In this document: piece by piece, positions 41,306-56,686 of the stretch
How positions within the stretch are numbered: position 1 is the first letter of the stretch
Layout of the letters: each line of letters begins with the position of its first letter
NCBI GenBank assembly: GCA_964016885.1
Contig: OZ024740.1
Location: 296,360,001-296,424,000, forward strand
Reading direction: 5' to 3'
Source of the DNA: Eledone cirrhosa
Taxonomy: Eukaryota
DNA length: 64,000 nucleotides
Position numbers and translations under genes: made by a program
Notes under the pieces: generated by a model
Databases searched by the model: none
Told to the model about the DNA's origin: nothing
Seen by the model: only the letters and a program-made list of their open reading frames with translations

Positions 41306-43563
41306 CATTTTTTATTTGGGTGATCCATTTTTTATTTGGGTGATCCATTTTTTATTTGTTGGATCCATTTTTTATTTGGGGGATCCATTTTTTAATTGGG
41401 GGTTCCATTTTTTATTTGGGAGATCCATTTTACATTTGGGTGATCCATTTTTTATTTGGGGGATCCATTTTTTATTTGGGTGATCCATTTTTTATTTGGG
41501 TGATCCAGTTTTTGTTTGGGTGATCCATTTTTTATTTGGGGGATCCATTTTTTATTTGGGTGATCCATTTTTTATTTGTTGGATCCATTTTTTATTTGGG
41601 GGATCCATTTTTTATTTGGGGGTTCCATTTTTTATTTGGGGGATCCATTTTACATTTGGGTGATCCATTTTTTATTTGGGTGATCCATTTTTTATTTGGG
41701 GTATCCATTTTTTATTTGGGGGATCCATTTTTTATTTGTGTGATCCATTTTTTATTTGGCGGATCCATTTTTTATTTGGGGGATCCATTTTTTATTTGGG
41801 GATCCATTTTTTATTTAGGTGATCCATTTTTTAGTTGGGTGATCCATTTTTATTTGGGGGATCCATTTTTTATTTGTGTGATCCATTTTTTATTTGGCGG
41901 ATCCATTTTTATTTGGGGGATCCATTTTTTATTTGTGTGATCCATTTTTTATTTGGCAGATACATTTTTTATTTGGGGGAACCATTTTTTATTTGGGTGA
42001 TCCATTTTTTATTTGGGGGATCCATTTTTTATTTGGGTGATACATTTTTTATTTGGGGGATCCATTTTTTATTTGGGTGATCCATTTTTTATTTGGGTGA
42101 TCCATTTTTTATTTGGGAGATCCATTTTTTATTTTGGTGACCCATTTTTTATTTTGGTGATCCATTTTTTATTTGTTGGATCCATTTTTTATTTGGGGGA
42201 TCTATTTTTATTTGGGGGACCCTATTTTTATTTGGGGGATCACTTTTACATTTGGGTGATCCATTTTACATTTGGGTGATCCATTTTTTATTTGGGTGAT
42301 CCATTTTTTATTTGGTGGATCCATTTTTTATTTGGGGTATCCATTTTTTATTTGGGTGATCCATTTTTTATTTCGGGGATCCATTTTTTATTTGGGTGAT
42401 CCATTTTTTATTTGGGTGATCCATTTTTTATTTGGGTGATCCATTTTTTATTTGTTGGATCCATTTTTTATTTGGGGGATCTATTTTTTATTTGGGGGTT
42501 CCATTTTTTATTTGGGGGATCCATTTTACATTTGGGTGATCCATTTTTTATTTGGGTGATCCATTTTTTATTTGGGGGATCCATTTTTTATTTGGGTGAT
42601 CCATTTTTTATTTGGGTGATCCAGTTTTTGTTTGGGTGATCCATTTTTTATTTGGGGGATCCATTTTTTATTTGGGTGATCCATTTTTTATTTGTTGGAT
42701 CCATTTTTTATTTGGGGGATCCATTTTTTATTTGGGGGATCCATTTTTTATTTGGGGGATCCATTTTTTATTTGGGGGATCCATTTTTTATTTGGGGGAT
42801 CCATTTTTTATTTGGGTGATCCATTTTTTATTTGGGGGATCCATTTTTTATTTATCTGATCCATTTTTTAGTTGGGTGATCCATTTTTATTTGGGGGATC
42901 CATTTTTTATTTGTGTGATCCATTTTTTATTTGGCGGATCCATTTTTATTTGGGGGATCCATTTTTTATTTGTGTGATCCATTTTTTATTTGGCAGATCC
43001 ATTTTTTATTTGGGGGATCCATTTTTTATTTGGGTGATCCATTTTTTATTTGGGGGATCCATTTTTTATTTGGGTGATCCATTTTTTATTTGGGGGATCC
43101 ATTTTTTATTTGGGTGATCCATTTTTTATTTGGGTGATCCATATTTTATTTGGGTGATCCATTTTTTATTTGGGGGATCCATTTTTTATTTGGGTGATCC
43201 AATTTTTTATTTGGGTGATCCATTTTTTATTTGGGTGATCCATTTTTTATTTGGGTGATCCATTTTTTATTTGGGGGACCCTATTTTTATTTGGGGGATC
43301 CATTTTACATTTGGGTAATCCATTTTTTATTTGGGTGATCCATTTTTTATTTCGTGGATCCATTTTTTATTTGGGGTATCCATTTTTTATTTGGGTGATC
43401 CATTTTTTATTTGGGGGCTCCATTTTTTATTTGGGGGATCCATTTTTTATTTGGGGGCTCCATTTTTTATTTGGGGGATCCATTTTACATTTGGGTGATC
43501 CATTTTTTATTTGGGTGATCCATTTTTTATTTGGGGGTTCCATTTTTTATTTGGGGGATCCAT

Positions 43564-43600
43564 CAAATAAAAAATGGATCCCCCAAATAAAAAATGGATC
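43564..43600 (-). repeat. Inverted island, class C
   Basis: 2 reverse monomers. Confidence 0.95.
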
Positions 43601-44039
43601 CATTTTTTATTTGGGTGATCCATTTTTTATTTGGGGGATCCATTTTTTATTTGGGTGATCCAGTTTTTGTTTGGGTGATCCATTTTTTATTTGGGGGATC
43701 CATTTTTTATTTGGGTGATCCATATTTTATTTAGGGGATCGATTTTTTATTTGGGGATCCATTTTTTATTTGGGTGATCCGTTCTTTATTTGGGTGATCC
43801 ATTTTTTATTTTGGGGATCTATTTTTTATTTGGGTGATCCATTTTTTATTTGGGGATCCATTTTTTATTTGGGTGATCCATTTTTTATTTGGGGGATCCA
43901 TTTTTTATTTGGGGGATCCATTTTTTATTTGGGTGATCCATTTTTTATTTGGGGGATCCATTTTTTATTTGGGTGATCCATTTTTTATTTGGGGGATCCA
44001 TTTTTTATTTGGGGGGCCATTTCTTATTTGGGGATCCAT

Positions 44040-44116
44040 CAAATAAAAAATGGATCACCCAAATAAAAAATGGATCACCCAAATAAAAAATGGATCCCTC
44101 AAATAAAAAATGGATC
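44040..44116 (-). repeat. Inverted island, class A
   Basis: 4 reverse monomers. Confidence 0.95.
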
Positions 44117-45196
44117 CATTTTTTATTTGGGGGATCCATTTTTTATTTGGGGGTTCCATTTTTTATTTGGGGGATCCATTTTACATTTGGGTGATCCATT
44201 TTTTATTTGGGTGATCCATATTTTATTTGGGGGATCCATTTTTTATTTGGGGGATCCATTTTTTATTTGGGTGATCCATTTTTTATTTGGGGGATCCATT
44301 TTTTATTTAGGTGATCCATTCTTTAGTTGGGTGATCCATTTATATTTGGGGGATCCATTTTTTATTTGTGTGATCCATTTTTTATTTGGCAGATCCATTT
44401 TTTATTTGGGGGATCCATTTTTTATTTGGGTGATCCATTTTTTATTTGGGGGATCCATTTTTTATTTGGGTTATACATTTTTTATTTGGGGGATCCATTT
44501 TTTATTTGGGTGATCCATTTTTTATTTGGGTGATCCATATTTTATTTGGGTGATCCATTTTTTATTTGGGGGATCCATTTTTATTTGGGTGATCTATTTT
44601 TGATTTGGGTGATCCATTTTTTATTTGGGGGATCCATTTTTTATTTGGGTGATCCATTTTTTATTTGGGGGATCCATTTTTTATTTGGGAGATCCATTTT
44701 TGATTTGGGTGATCCATTTTTTATTTGGGTGATCCATTTTTTATTTGTTGGATCCATTTTTTATTTGGGGGATCCATTTTTATTTGGGGGACCCTATTTT
44801 TATTTGGGGGATCCATTTTACATTTGGGGTATCCATTTTTTATTTGGGTGATCCATTTTTTATTTGGGGGATCCATTTTTTATTTGGGTGATCCATTTTT
44901 TATTTGGGTGATCCATTTTTTATTTGGGTGATCCATTTTTTATTTGTTGGATCCATTTTTTATTTGGTGGATCGACTTTTTATTTGGGGGTTCCATTTTT
45001 TATTTGGGGGATCCATTTTACATTTGGGTGATCCATTTTTTATTTGGGTGATCCATTTTTTATTTGGGGGATCCATTTTTTATTTGGGTGATCCATTTTT
45101 TATTTGGGGGATCCATTTTTTATTTGGGTGATCCATTTTCTATTTGGGGGATCGATTTTTTATTTGGGGGTTCCATTTTTTATTTGGGGGATCCAT

Positions 45197-45273
45197 CAAA
45201 TAAAAAATGGATCACCCAAATAAAAAATGGATCACCCAAATAAAAAATGGATCCCCCAAATAGAAAATGGATC
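45197..45273 (-). repeat. Inverted island, class B
   Basis: 4 reverse monomers. Confidence 0.95.
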
Positions 45274-46032
45274 CATTTTTTATTTGGGTGATCCATATTT
45301 TTTTTAGGGGATCCATTTTTTATTTGGGTGATCCATTTTTTATTTGGGTGATCCATTTTTTATTTGGGTGATCCATTTTTTATTTGGGTGATCCATTTTT
45401 TATTTGGGTGATCCATTTTTTATTTTGGGGATCTATTTATTATTTGGGTGATCCATTTTTTATTTGGGGGATCCATTTTTTTTTGGGTGATCCATTTTTT
45501 ATTTGGGGATCCATTTTTTATTTGGGGGATCCATTTTTTATTTGGGTGATCCATTTTTTATTTGGGGGATCCATTTTTTATTTGGGTGATCCATTTTTAA
45601 TTTGGGGATCCATTTTTTATTTGGGTGATCCATTTTTTATTTGGGGGATCCATTTTTTGTTTGGGTTATCCATCTTTTATTTGGGGGATCCATTTTGTAT
45701 TTGGGTGATCCATTTTTTATTTTGGGGATCCATTTTTTATTTGGGGGATCCATTTTTTATTTGGGTGATCCATTTTTTTATTTGTGGATCCATTTTTTAT
45801 TTGTGGGATCCATTTTTTATTTGGGGGTTCCATTTTTTATTTGGGGGATCCATTTTACATTTGGGTGATCCATTTAGTAATTGGGTGATCCATTTTTTAT
45901 TTGGGGGATCCATTTTTTATTTGGGTGATCCATTTTTTATTTGGGTGATCCCTTTTTTATTTGGGTGATCCATTTTTTATTTGGGGGATCCATTTTTATT
46001 TGGGGGTTCCATTTTTTATTTGGGGGATCCAT

Positions 46033-46069
46033 CAAATAAAAAATGGATCACCCAAATAAAAAATGGATC
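46033..46069 (-). repeat. Inverted island, class H
   Basis: 2 reverse monomers. Confidence 0.95.
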
Positions 46070-46912
46070 CATTTTTTATTTGGGTGATCCATTTTTTATT
46101 TGGGGAATCCATTTTTTATTTGGGTGATGCAGTTTTTGTTTGGGTGATCCATTTTTTATTTGGGGGATCCATTTTTTATTTGGTTGATCCATATTTTATT
46201 TAGGGGATCCATTTTTTATTTGGGTGATCCATTTTTTATTTGGGTGATCCATTTTTTATTTTGGGGATCCATTTTTTATTTGGGTGATCCATTTTTTATT
46301 TGGGTGATGCATTTTTTATTTGGGTGATCCATTTTTTATTTGGGGGATCCATTTTTTATTTGGGTGATCCATTTTTTATTTTGGGGATCCATTTTTTATT
46401 TGGGTGATCCATTTTTTTATTTGGGGGATCCATTTTTTATTTGGGTGATCCATTTTTTATTTGGGGGATCCATTTTTTATTTGGGTGATCCATTTTTTAT
46501 TTGGGGGATCCATTTTTTATTCGGGGGATCCATTTTTTATTTGGGTGATCCATTTTTTATTTGGGTGATCCATTTTTTATTTGGGGGATCCATTTTTTAT
46601 TTCGGTGATCCATTTTTTATTTGGGTGATCCATTCTTTATGTGGGTGATCCATTTTTGATTTGAGGGATCCATTTTTTATTTGGGTGGTCCATTTTTTAT
46701 TTGGGTGATCCATTTTTTATTTGGGTGATCCATTTTTTATTTGGGTGATCCATTTTTTATTTGGGTGATCCATTTTTTATTTGGGGGATCCATTTTTTAT
46801 TTGTGTGATCCATTTTATATTTGGGGGATCCATTTTTTATTTGGGTATTCATTTTTTATTTGGGGGATCCATTTTTTATTTGGGGGTCCCATTTTTTATT
46901 TGGGGGATCCAT

Positions 46913-46988
46913 CAAACAAAAAATGGATCACCCAAATAAAAAATGGATCACCCAAATAAAAAATGGACCCCCAAACAAAAAATGGATC
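46913..46988 (-). repeat. Inverted island, class D
   Basis: 4 reverse monomers. Confidence 0.95.
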
Positions 46989-47668
46989 CATTTTTTATTT
47001 GGGGGATCCATTCTTTATTTGGGGGATCCATTTTTTATTTGGGTGATCCATTTTTTATTTGGGTGATCCATTTTTTATTTGGGTGATCCATTTTTTATTT
47101 GGGGGATCCATTTTTTATTTGGATGATCCATTTTTTATTTGGGGGATCCATTTTTTATTTGGGCGATCCAATTTTTATTTGGGTGATCCATTTTTTATTT
47201 GGATGATCCATTTTTTATTTGGGTGATCCATTTTTTATTTGGGGGATCCATTTTTTATTTGTGTGATCCATTTTATATTTGGGGGATCCATTTTTTATTT
47301 GGGTATCCATTTCTTATTTGGGTGATCCATTTTTTATTTTGGGGATCCATTTTTTATTTGGGGGATCCATTTTTTATTTGGGTGATCCATTTTTTATTTG
47401 GGTGATCCATTTTTTATTTGTGGATCCATTTTTTATTTGTGGGATCCATTTTTTATTTGGGGGTTCCATTTTTTATTTGGGGGATCCATTTTACATTTGG
47501 GTGATCCATTTAGTAATTGGGTGATCCATTTTTTATTTGGGGGATCCATTTTTTATTTGGGTGATCCATTTTTTATTTGGGTGATCCCTTTTTTATTTGG
47601 GTGATCCATTTTTTATTTGGGGGATCCATTTTTATTTGGGGGTTCCATTTTTTATTTGGGGGATCCAT

Positions 47669-47745
47669 CAAATAAAAAATGGATCACCCAAATAAAAAAG
47701 GGATCACCCAAATAAAAAATGGATCCCCCAAATAAAAAATGGATC
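47669..47745 (-). repeat. Inverted island, class E
   Basis: 4 reverse monomers. Confidence 0.95.
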
Positions 47746-48547
47746 CATTTTTTATTTGGGTGATCCATTTTTTATTTGGGGAATCCATTTTTTATTTGGG
47801 TGATGCAGTTTTTGTTTGGGTGATCCATTTTTTATTTGGGGGATCCATTTTTTATTTGGGTGATCCATATTTTATTTAGGGGATCCATTTTTTATTTGGG
47901 TGATCCATTTTTTATTTGGGTGAACCATTTTTTATTTGGGTGATCCATTTTTTATTTTGGGGATCCATTTTTTATTTGGGTGATCCATTTTTTATTTGGG
48001 TGATGCATTTTTTATTTGGGTGATCCATTTTTTATTTGGGGGATCCATTTTTTATTTGGGTGATCCATTTTTTATTTTGGGGATCCATTTTTTATTTGGG
48101 TGATCCATTTTTTATTTGGGGGATCCATTTTTTATTTGGGTGATCCATTTTTTATTTGGGGGATCCATTTTTTATTTGGGTGATCCATTTTTTATTTGGG
48201 GGATCCATTTTTTATTCGGGGGATCCATTTTTTATTTGGGTGATCCATTTTTTATTTGGGTGATCCATTTTTTATTTGGGGGATCCATTTTTTATTTCGG
48301 TGATCCATTTTTTATTTGGGTGATCCATTTTTTATGTGGGTGATCCATTTTTGATTTGAGGGAACCATTTTTTATTTGGGTGGTCCATTTTTTATTTGGG
48401 TGATCCATTTTTTATTTGGGTGATCCATTTTTTATTTGGGTGATCCATTTTTTATTTGGGTGATCCCTTTTTTATTTGGGTGATCCATTTTTTATTTGGG
48501 GGATCCATTTTTATTTGGGGGTTCCATTTTTTATTTGGGGGATCCGT

Positions 48548-48624
48548 CAAATAAAAAATGGATCACCCAAATAAAAAAGGGATCACCCAAATAAAAAATG
48601 GATCCCCCAAATAAAAAATGGATC
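48548..48624 (-). repeat. Inverted island, class E'
   Basis: 4 reverse monomers. Confidence 0.95.
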
Positions 48625-51240
48625 CATTTTTTATTTGGGTGATCCATTTTTTATTTGGGTGATCCATTTTTTATTTGTTGGATCCATTTTTTATTTGGGG
48701 GATCCATTTTTTATTTGGGGGTTCCATTTTTTATTTGGGGGATCCATTTTACATTTGGGTGATCCATTTTTTATTTGGGTGATCCATTTTTTATTTGGGG
48801 GATCCATTTTTTATTTGGGTGATCCATTTTTTATTTGGGTGATCCAGTTTTTGTTCGGGTGATCCATTTTTTATTTGGGGGATCCATTTTTTATTTGGGT
48901 GATCCATTTTTTATTTGTTGGATCCATTTTTTATTTGGGGGATCCATTTTTTATTTGGGGGTTCCATTTTTTATTTGGGGGATCCATTTTACATTTGGGT
49001 GATCCATTTTTTATTTGGGTGATCCATTTTTTATTTGGGGTATCCATTTTTTATTTGGGGGATCCATTTTTTATTTGTGTGATCCATTTTTTATTTGGCG
49101 GATCCATTTTTTATTTGGGGGATCCATTTTTTATTTGGGGATCCATTTTTTATTTAGGTGATCCATTTTTTAGTTGGGTGATCCATTTTTATTTGGGGGA
49201 TCCATTTTTCATTTGTGTGATCCATTTTTTATTTGGCGGATCCATTTTTATTTGGGGGATCCATTTTTTATTTGTGTGATCCATTTTTTATTTGGCAGAT
49301 ACATTTTTTATTTGGGGGAACCATTTTTTATTTGGGTGATCCATTTTTTATTTGGGGGATCCATTTTTTATTTGGGTGATACATTTTTTATTTGGGGGAT
49401 CCATTTTTTATTTGGGTGATCCATTTTTTATTTGGGTGATCCATTTTTTATTTGGGAGATCCATTTTTTATTTTGGTGATCCATTTTTTATTTGTTGGAT
49501 CCATTTTTTATTTGGGGGATCTATTTTTATTTGGGGGACCCTATTTTTATTTGGGGGATCCATTTTACATTTGGGTGATCCATTTTACATTTGGGTGATC
49601 CATTTTTTATTTGGGTGATCCATTTTTTATTTGGTGGATCCATTTTTTATTTGGGGTATCCATTTTTTATTTGGGTGATCCATTTTTTATTTCGGGGATC
49701 CATTTTTTATTTGGGTGATCCATTTTTTATTTGGGTGATCCATTTTTTATTTGGGTGATCCATTTTTTATTTGTTGGATCCATTTTTTATTTGGGGGATC
49801 TATTTTTTATTTGGGGGTTTCATTTTTTATTTGGGGGATCCATTTTTTATTTGGGGGATCCATTTTTTATTTGGGGGTTCCATTTTTTATTTGGGGGATC
49901 CATTTTACATTTGGGTGATCCATTTTTTATTTGGGTGATCCATTTTTTATTTGGGGGATCCATTTTTTATTTGGGTGATCCATTTTTTATTTGGGTGATC
50001 CAGTTTTTGTTCGGGTGATCCATTTTTTATTTGGGGGATCCATTTTTTATTTGGGTGATCCATTTTTTATTTGTTGGATCCATTTTTTATTTGGGGGATC
50101 CATTTTTTATTTGGGGGTTCCATTTTTTATTTGGGGGATCCATTTTACATTTGTTGGATCCATTTTTTATTTGGGTGATCCATTTTTTATTTGGGGTATC
50201 CATTTTTTATTTGGGGGATCCATTTTTTATTTGTGTGATCCATTTTTTATTTGGCGGATCCATTTTTTATTTGGGGGATCCATTTTTTATTTGGGGGATC
50301 CATTTTTTATTTAGCTGATCCATTTTTTAGTTGGGTGATCCATTTTTATTTGGGGGATCCATTTTTCATTTGTGTGATCCATTTTTTATTTGGCGGATCC
50401 ATTTTTATTTGGGGGATCCATTTTTTATTTGTGTGATCCATTTTTTATTTGGCAGATACATTTTTTATTTGGGGGAACCATTTTTTATTTGGGTGATCCA
50501 TTTTTTATTTGGGGGATCCATTTTTTATTTGGGTGATCCATTTTTTATTTGGGGGATCCATTTTTTATTTGGGTGATCCATTTTTTATTTGGGTGATCCA
50601 TTTTTTATTTGGGAGATCCATTTTTTATTTTGGTGATCCATTTTTTATTTGTTGGATCCATTTTTTATTTGGGGGATCTATTTTTTATTTGGGTGATCCA
50701 TTTTTTATTTGTTGGATCCATTTTTTATTTGGGGGATCTATTTTTTATTTGGGGGTTCCATTTTTTATTTGGGGGATCCATTTTACATTTGGGTGATCCA
50801 TTTTTTATTTGGGTGATCCATTTTTTATTTGGGGGATCCATTTTTTGTTTGGGTTATCCATCTTTTATTTGGGGGATCCATTTTGTATTTGGGTGATCCA
50901 TTTTTTATTTTGGGGATCCATTTTTTATTTGGGGGATCCATTTTTTATTTGGGTGATCCATTTTTTATTTGGGTGATCCATTTTTTTATTTGTGGATCCA
51001 TTTTTTATTTGTGGGATCCATTTTTTATTTGGGGGTTCCATTTTTTATTTGGGGGATCCATTTTACATTTGGGTGATCCATTTAGTAATTGGGTGATCCA
51101 TTTTTTATTTGGGGGATCCATTTTTTATTTGGGTGATCCATTTTTTATTTGGGTGATCCCTTTTTTATTTGGGTGATCCATTTTTTATTTGGGGGATCCA
51201 TTTTTATTTGGGGGTTCCATTTTTTATTTGGGGGATCCAT

Positions 51241-51277
51241 CAAATAAAAAATGGATCACCCAAATAAAAAATGGATC
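51241..51277 (-). repeat. Inverted island, class H
   Basis: 2 reverse monomers. Confidence 0.95.
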
Positions 51278-52441
51278 CATTTTTTATTTGGGTGATCCAT
51301 TTTTTATTTGGGGAATCCATTTTTTATTTGGGTGATGCAGTTTTTGTTTGGGTGATCCATTTTTTATTTGGGGGATCCATTTTTTATTTGGGTGATCCAT
51401 ATTTTATTTAGGGGATCCATTTTTTATTTGGGTGATCCATTTTTTATTTGGGTGATCCATTTTTTATTTGGGTGATCCATTTTTTATTTTGGGGATCCAT
51501 TTTTTATTTGGGTGATCCATTTTTTCTTTGGGTGATGCATTTTTTATTTGGGTGATCCATTTTTTATTTGGGGGATCCATTTTTTATTTGGGTGATCCAT
51601 TTTTTATTTTGGGGATCCATTTTTTATTTGGGTGATCCATTTTTTTATTTGGGGGATCCATTTTTTATTTGGGTGATCCATTTTTTATTTGGGGGATCCA
51701 TTTTTTATTTGGGTGATCCATTTTTTATTTGGGGGATCCATTTTTTATTCGGGGGATCCATTTTTTATTTGGGTGATCCATTTTTTATTTGGGTGATCCA
51801 TTTTTTATTTGGGGGATCCATTTTTTATTTCGGTGATCCATTTTTTATTTGGGTGATCCATTTTTTATTTGGGGGATCCATTTTTTATTTGGGTGATCCA
51901 TTTTTTATTTTGGGGATCCATTTTTTATTTGGGTGATCCATTTTTTATTTGGGTGATGCATTTTTTATTTGGGTGATCCATTTTTTATTTGGGGGATCCA
52001 TTTTTTATTTGGGTGATCCATTTTTTATTTTGGGGATCCATTTTTTATTTGGGTGATCCATTTTTTTATTTGGGGGATCCATTTTTTATTTGGGTGATCC
52101 ATTTTTTATTTGGGGGATCCATTTTTTATTTGGGTGATCCATTTTTTATTTGGGGGATCCATTTTTTATTCGGGGGATCCATTTTTTATTTGGGTGATCC
52201 ATTTTTTATTTGGGGGATCCATTTTTTATTTCGGTGATCCATTTTTTATTTGGGTGATCCATTCTTTATGTGGGTGATCCATTTTTGATTTGAGGGATCC
52301 ATTTTTTATTTGGGTGGTCCATTTTTTATTTGTGTGATCCATTTTATATTTGGGGGATCCATTTTTTATTTGGGTATTCATTTTTTATTTGGGGGATCCA
52401 TTTTTTATTTGGGGGTCCCATTTTTTATTTGGGGGATCCAT

Positions 52442-52517
52442 CAAACAAAAAATGGATCACCCAAATAAAAAATGGATCACCCAAATAAAAAATGGACCCC
52501 CAAACAAAAAATGGATC
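52442..52517 (-). repeat. Inverted island, class D
   Basis: 4 reverse monomers. Confidence 0.95.
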
Positions 52518-53197
52518 CATTTTTTATTTGGGGGATCCATTCTTTATTTGGGGGATCCATTTTTTATTTGGGTGATCCATTTTTTATTTGGGTGATCCAT
52601 TTTTTATTTGGGTGATCCATTTTTTATTTGGGGGATCCATTTTTTATTTGGATGATCCATTTTTTATTTGGGGGATCCATTTTTTATTTGGGCGATCCAA
52701 TTTTTATTTGGGTGATCCATTTTTTATTTGGATGATCCATTTTTTATTTGGGTGATCCATTTTTTATTTGGGGGATCCATTTTTTATTTGTGTGATCCAT
52801 TTTATATTTGGGGGATCCATTTTTTATTTGGGTATCCATTTCTTATTTGGGTGATCCATTTTTTATTTTGGGGATCCATTTTTTATTTGGGGGATCCATT
52901 TTTTATTTGGGTGATCCATTTTTTATTTGGGTGATCCATTTTTTATTTGTGGATCCATTTTTTATTTGTGGGATCCATTTTTTATTTGGGGGTTCCATTT
53001 TTTATTTGGGGGATCCATTTTACATTTGGGTGATCCATTTAGTAATTGGGTGATCCATTTTTTATTTGGGGGATCCATTTTTTATTTGGGTGATCCATTT
53101 TTTATTTGGGTGATCCCTTTTTTATTTGGGTGATCCATTTTTTATTTGGGGGATCCATTTTTATTTGGGGGTTCCATTTTTTATTTGGGGGATCCAT

Positions 53198-53274
53198 CAA
53201 ATAAAAAATGGATCACCCAAATAAAAAAGGGATCACCCAAATAAAAAATGGATCCCCCAAATAAAAAATGGATC
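53198..53274 (-). repeat. Inverted island, class E
   Basis: 4 reverse monomers. Confidence 0.95.
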
Positions 53275-54076
53275 CATTTTTTATTTGGGTGATCCATTTT
53301 TTATTTGGGGAATCCATTTTTTATTTGGGTGATGCAGTTTTTGTTTGGGTGATCCATTTTTTATTTGGGGGATCCATTTTTTATTTGGGTGATCCATATT
53401 TTATTTAGGGGATCCATTTTTTATTTGGGTGATCCATTTTTTATTTGGGTGATCCATTTTTTATTTGGGTGATCCATTTTTTATTTTGGGGATCCATTTT
53501 TTATTTGGGTGATCCATTTTTTATTTGGGTGATGCATTTTTTATTTGGGTGATCCATTTTTTATTTGGGGGATCCATTTTTTATTTGGGTGATCCATTTT
53601 TTATTTTGGGGATCCATTTTTTATTTGGGTGATCCATTTTTTATTTGGGGGATCCATTTTTTATTTGGGTGATCCATTTTTTATTTGGGGGATCCATTTT
53701 TTATTTGGGTGATCCATTTTTTATTTGGGGGATCCATTTTTTATTCGGGGGATCCATTTTTTATTTGGGTGATCCATTTTTTATTTGGGTGATCCATTTT
53801 TTATTTGGGGGATCCATTTTTTATTTCGGTGATCCATTTTTTATTTGGGTGATCCATTTTTTATGTGGGTGATCCATTTTTGATTTGAGGGAACCATTTT
53901 TTATTTGGGTGGTCCATTTTTTATTTGGGTGATCCATTTTTTATTTGGGTGATCCATTTTTTATTTGGGTGATCCATTTTTTATTTGGGTGATCCCTTTT
54001 TTATTTGGGTGATCCATTTTTTATTTGGGGGATCCATTTTTATTTGGGGGTTCCATTTTTTATTTGGGGGATCCGT

Positions 54077-54153
54077 CAAATAAAAAATGGATCACCCAAA
54101 TAAAAAAGGGATCACCCAAATAAAAAATGGATCCCCCAAATAAAAAATGGATC
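54077..54153 (-). repeat. Inverted island, class E'
   Basis: 4 reverse monomers. Confidence 0.95.
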
Positions 54154-56649
54154 CATTTTTTATTTGGGTGATCCATTTTTTATTTGGGTGATCCATTTTT
54201 TATTTGTTGGATCCATTTTTTATTTGGGGGATCCATTTTTTATTTGGGGGTTCCATTTTTTATTTGGGGGATCCATTTTACATTTGGGTGATCCATTTTT
54301 TATTTGGGTGATCCATTTTTTATTTGGGGGATCCATTTTTTATTTGGGTGATCCATTTTTTATTTGGGTGATCCAGTTTTTGTTCGGGTGATCCATTTTT
54401 TATTTGGGGGATCCATTTTTTATTTGGGTGATCCATTTTTTATTTGTTGGATCCATTTTTTATTTGGGGGATCCATTTTTTATTTGGGGGTTCCATTTTT
54501 TATTTGGGGGATCCATTTTACATTTGGGTGATCCATTTTTTATTTGGGTGATCCATTTTTTATTTGGGGTATCCATTTTTTATTTGGGGGATCCATTTTT
54601 TATTTGTGTGATCCATTTTTTATTTGGCGGATCCATTTTTTATTTGGGGGATCCATTTTTTATTTGGGGATCCATTTTTTATTTAGGTGATCCATTTTTT
54701 AGTTGGGTGATCCATTTTTATTTGGGGGATCCATTTTTCATTTGTGTGATCCATTTTTTATTTGGCGGATCCATTTTTATTTGGGGGATCCATTTTTTAT
54801 TTGTGTGATCCATTTTTTATTTGGCAGATACATTTTTTATTTGGGGGAACCATTTTTTATTTGGGTGATCCATTTTTTATTTGGGGGATCCATTTTTTAT
54901 TTGGGTGATACATTTTTTATTTGGGGGATCCATTTTTTATTTGGGTGATCCATTTTTTATTTGGGTGATCCATTTTTTATTTGGGAGATCCATTTTTTAT
55001 TTTGGTGATCCATTTTTTATTTGTTGGATCCATTTTTTATTTGGGGGATCTATTTTTATTTGGGGGACCCTATTTTTATTTGGGGGATCCATTTTACATT
55101 TGGGTGATCCATTTTACATTTGGGTGATCCATTTTTTATTTGGGTGATCCATTTTTTATTTGGTGGATCCATTTTTTATTTGGGGTATCCATTTTTTATT
55201 TGGGTGATCCATTTTTTATTTCGGGGATCCATTTTTTATTTGGGTGATCCATTTTTTATTTGGGTGATCCATTTTTTATTTGGGTGATCCATTTTTTATT
55301 TGGGTGATCCATTTTTTATTTGTTGGATCCATTTTTTATTTGGGGGATCTATTTTTTATTTGGGGGTTTCATTTTTTATTTGGGGGATCCATTTTACATT
55401 TGGGTGATCCATTTTTTATTTGGGTGATCCATTTTTTATTTGGGGGATCCATTTTTTATTTGGGTGATCCATTTTTTATTTGGGTGATCCAGTTTTTGTT
55501 TGGGTGATCCATTTTTTATTTGGGGGATCCATTTTTTATTTGGGTGATCCATTTTTTATTTGTTGGATCCATTTTTTATTTGGGGGATCCATTTTTTATT
55601 TGGGGGATCCATTTTTTATTTGGGGGATCCATTTTTTATTTGGGGGATCCATTTTTTATTTGGGGGATCCATTTTTTATTTGGGTGATCCATTTTTTATT
55701 TGGGGGATCCATTTTTTATTTAGCTGATCCATTTTTTAGTTGGGTGATCCATTTTTATTTGGGGGATCCATTTTTTATTTGTGTGATCCATTTTTTATTT
55801 GGCGGATCCATTTTTATTTGGGGGATCCATTTTTTATTTGTGTGATCCATTTTTTATTTGGCAGATCCATTTTTTATTTGGGGGATCCATTTTTTATTTG
55901 GGTGGTCCATTTTTTATTTGGGGGATCCATTTTTTATTTGGGTGATCCATTTTTTATTTGGGGGATCCATTTTTTATTTGGGTGATCCATTTTTTATTTG
56001 GGTGATCCATATTTTATTTGGGTGATCCATTTTTTATTTCGGGGATCCATTTTTTATTTGGGTGATCCATTTTTTATTTGGGTGATCCATTTTTTATTTG
56101 GGTGATCCATTTTTTATTTGTTGGATCCATTTTTTATTTGGGGGATCTATTTTTTATTTGGGGGTTCCATTTTTTATTTGGGGGATCCATTTTACATTTG
56201 GGTGATCCATTTTTTATTTGGGTGATCCATTTTTTATTTGGGGGATCCATTTTTTGTTTGGGTTATCCATCTTTTATTTGGGGGATCCATTTTGTATTTG
56301 GGTGATCCATTTTTTATTTTGGGGATCCATTTTTTATTTGGGGGATCCATTTTTTATTTGGGTGATCCATTTTTTATTTGGGTGATCCATTTTTTTATTT
56401 GTGGATCCATTTTTTATTTGTGGGATCCATTTTTTATTTGGGGGTTCCATTTTTTATTTGGGGGATCCATTTTACATTTGGGTGATCCATTTAGTAATTG
56501 GGTGATCCATTTTTTATTTGGGGGATCCATTTTTTATTTGGGTGATCCATTTTTTATTTGGGTGATCCCTTTTTTATTTGGGTGATCCATTTTTTATTTG
56601 GGGGATCCATTTTTATTTGGGGGTTCCATTTTTTATTTGGGGGATCCAT

Positions 56650-56686
56650 CAAATAAAAAATGGATCACCCAAATAAAAAATGGATC
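56650..56686 (-). repeat. Inverted island, class H
   Basis: 2 reverse monomers. Confidence 0.95.

Larger units (their letters stand above)
43440..45350 (+). repeat. Long-range copy of about 19090-21000 (offset 24348-24349 bp; islands C-A-B)
   Basis: ORF pairs 19421/43770, 19721/44070, 20197/44546; islands 19215/43564, 19691/44040, 20849/45197. Boundaries approximate. Confidence 0.85.
52320..55270 (+). repeat. Segmental copy of about 46790-49740 (offset 5529 bp; islands D-E-E')
   Basis: ORF pairs 46821/52350, 47199/52728, 48116/53645, 48875/54404, 49352/54881; shared variants GAGGGAACC and TGTTCGGGT. Boundaries approximate. Confidence 0.9.
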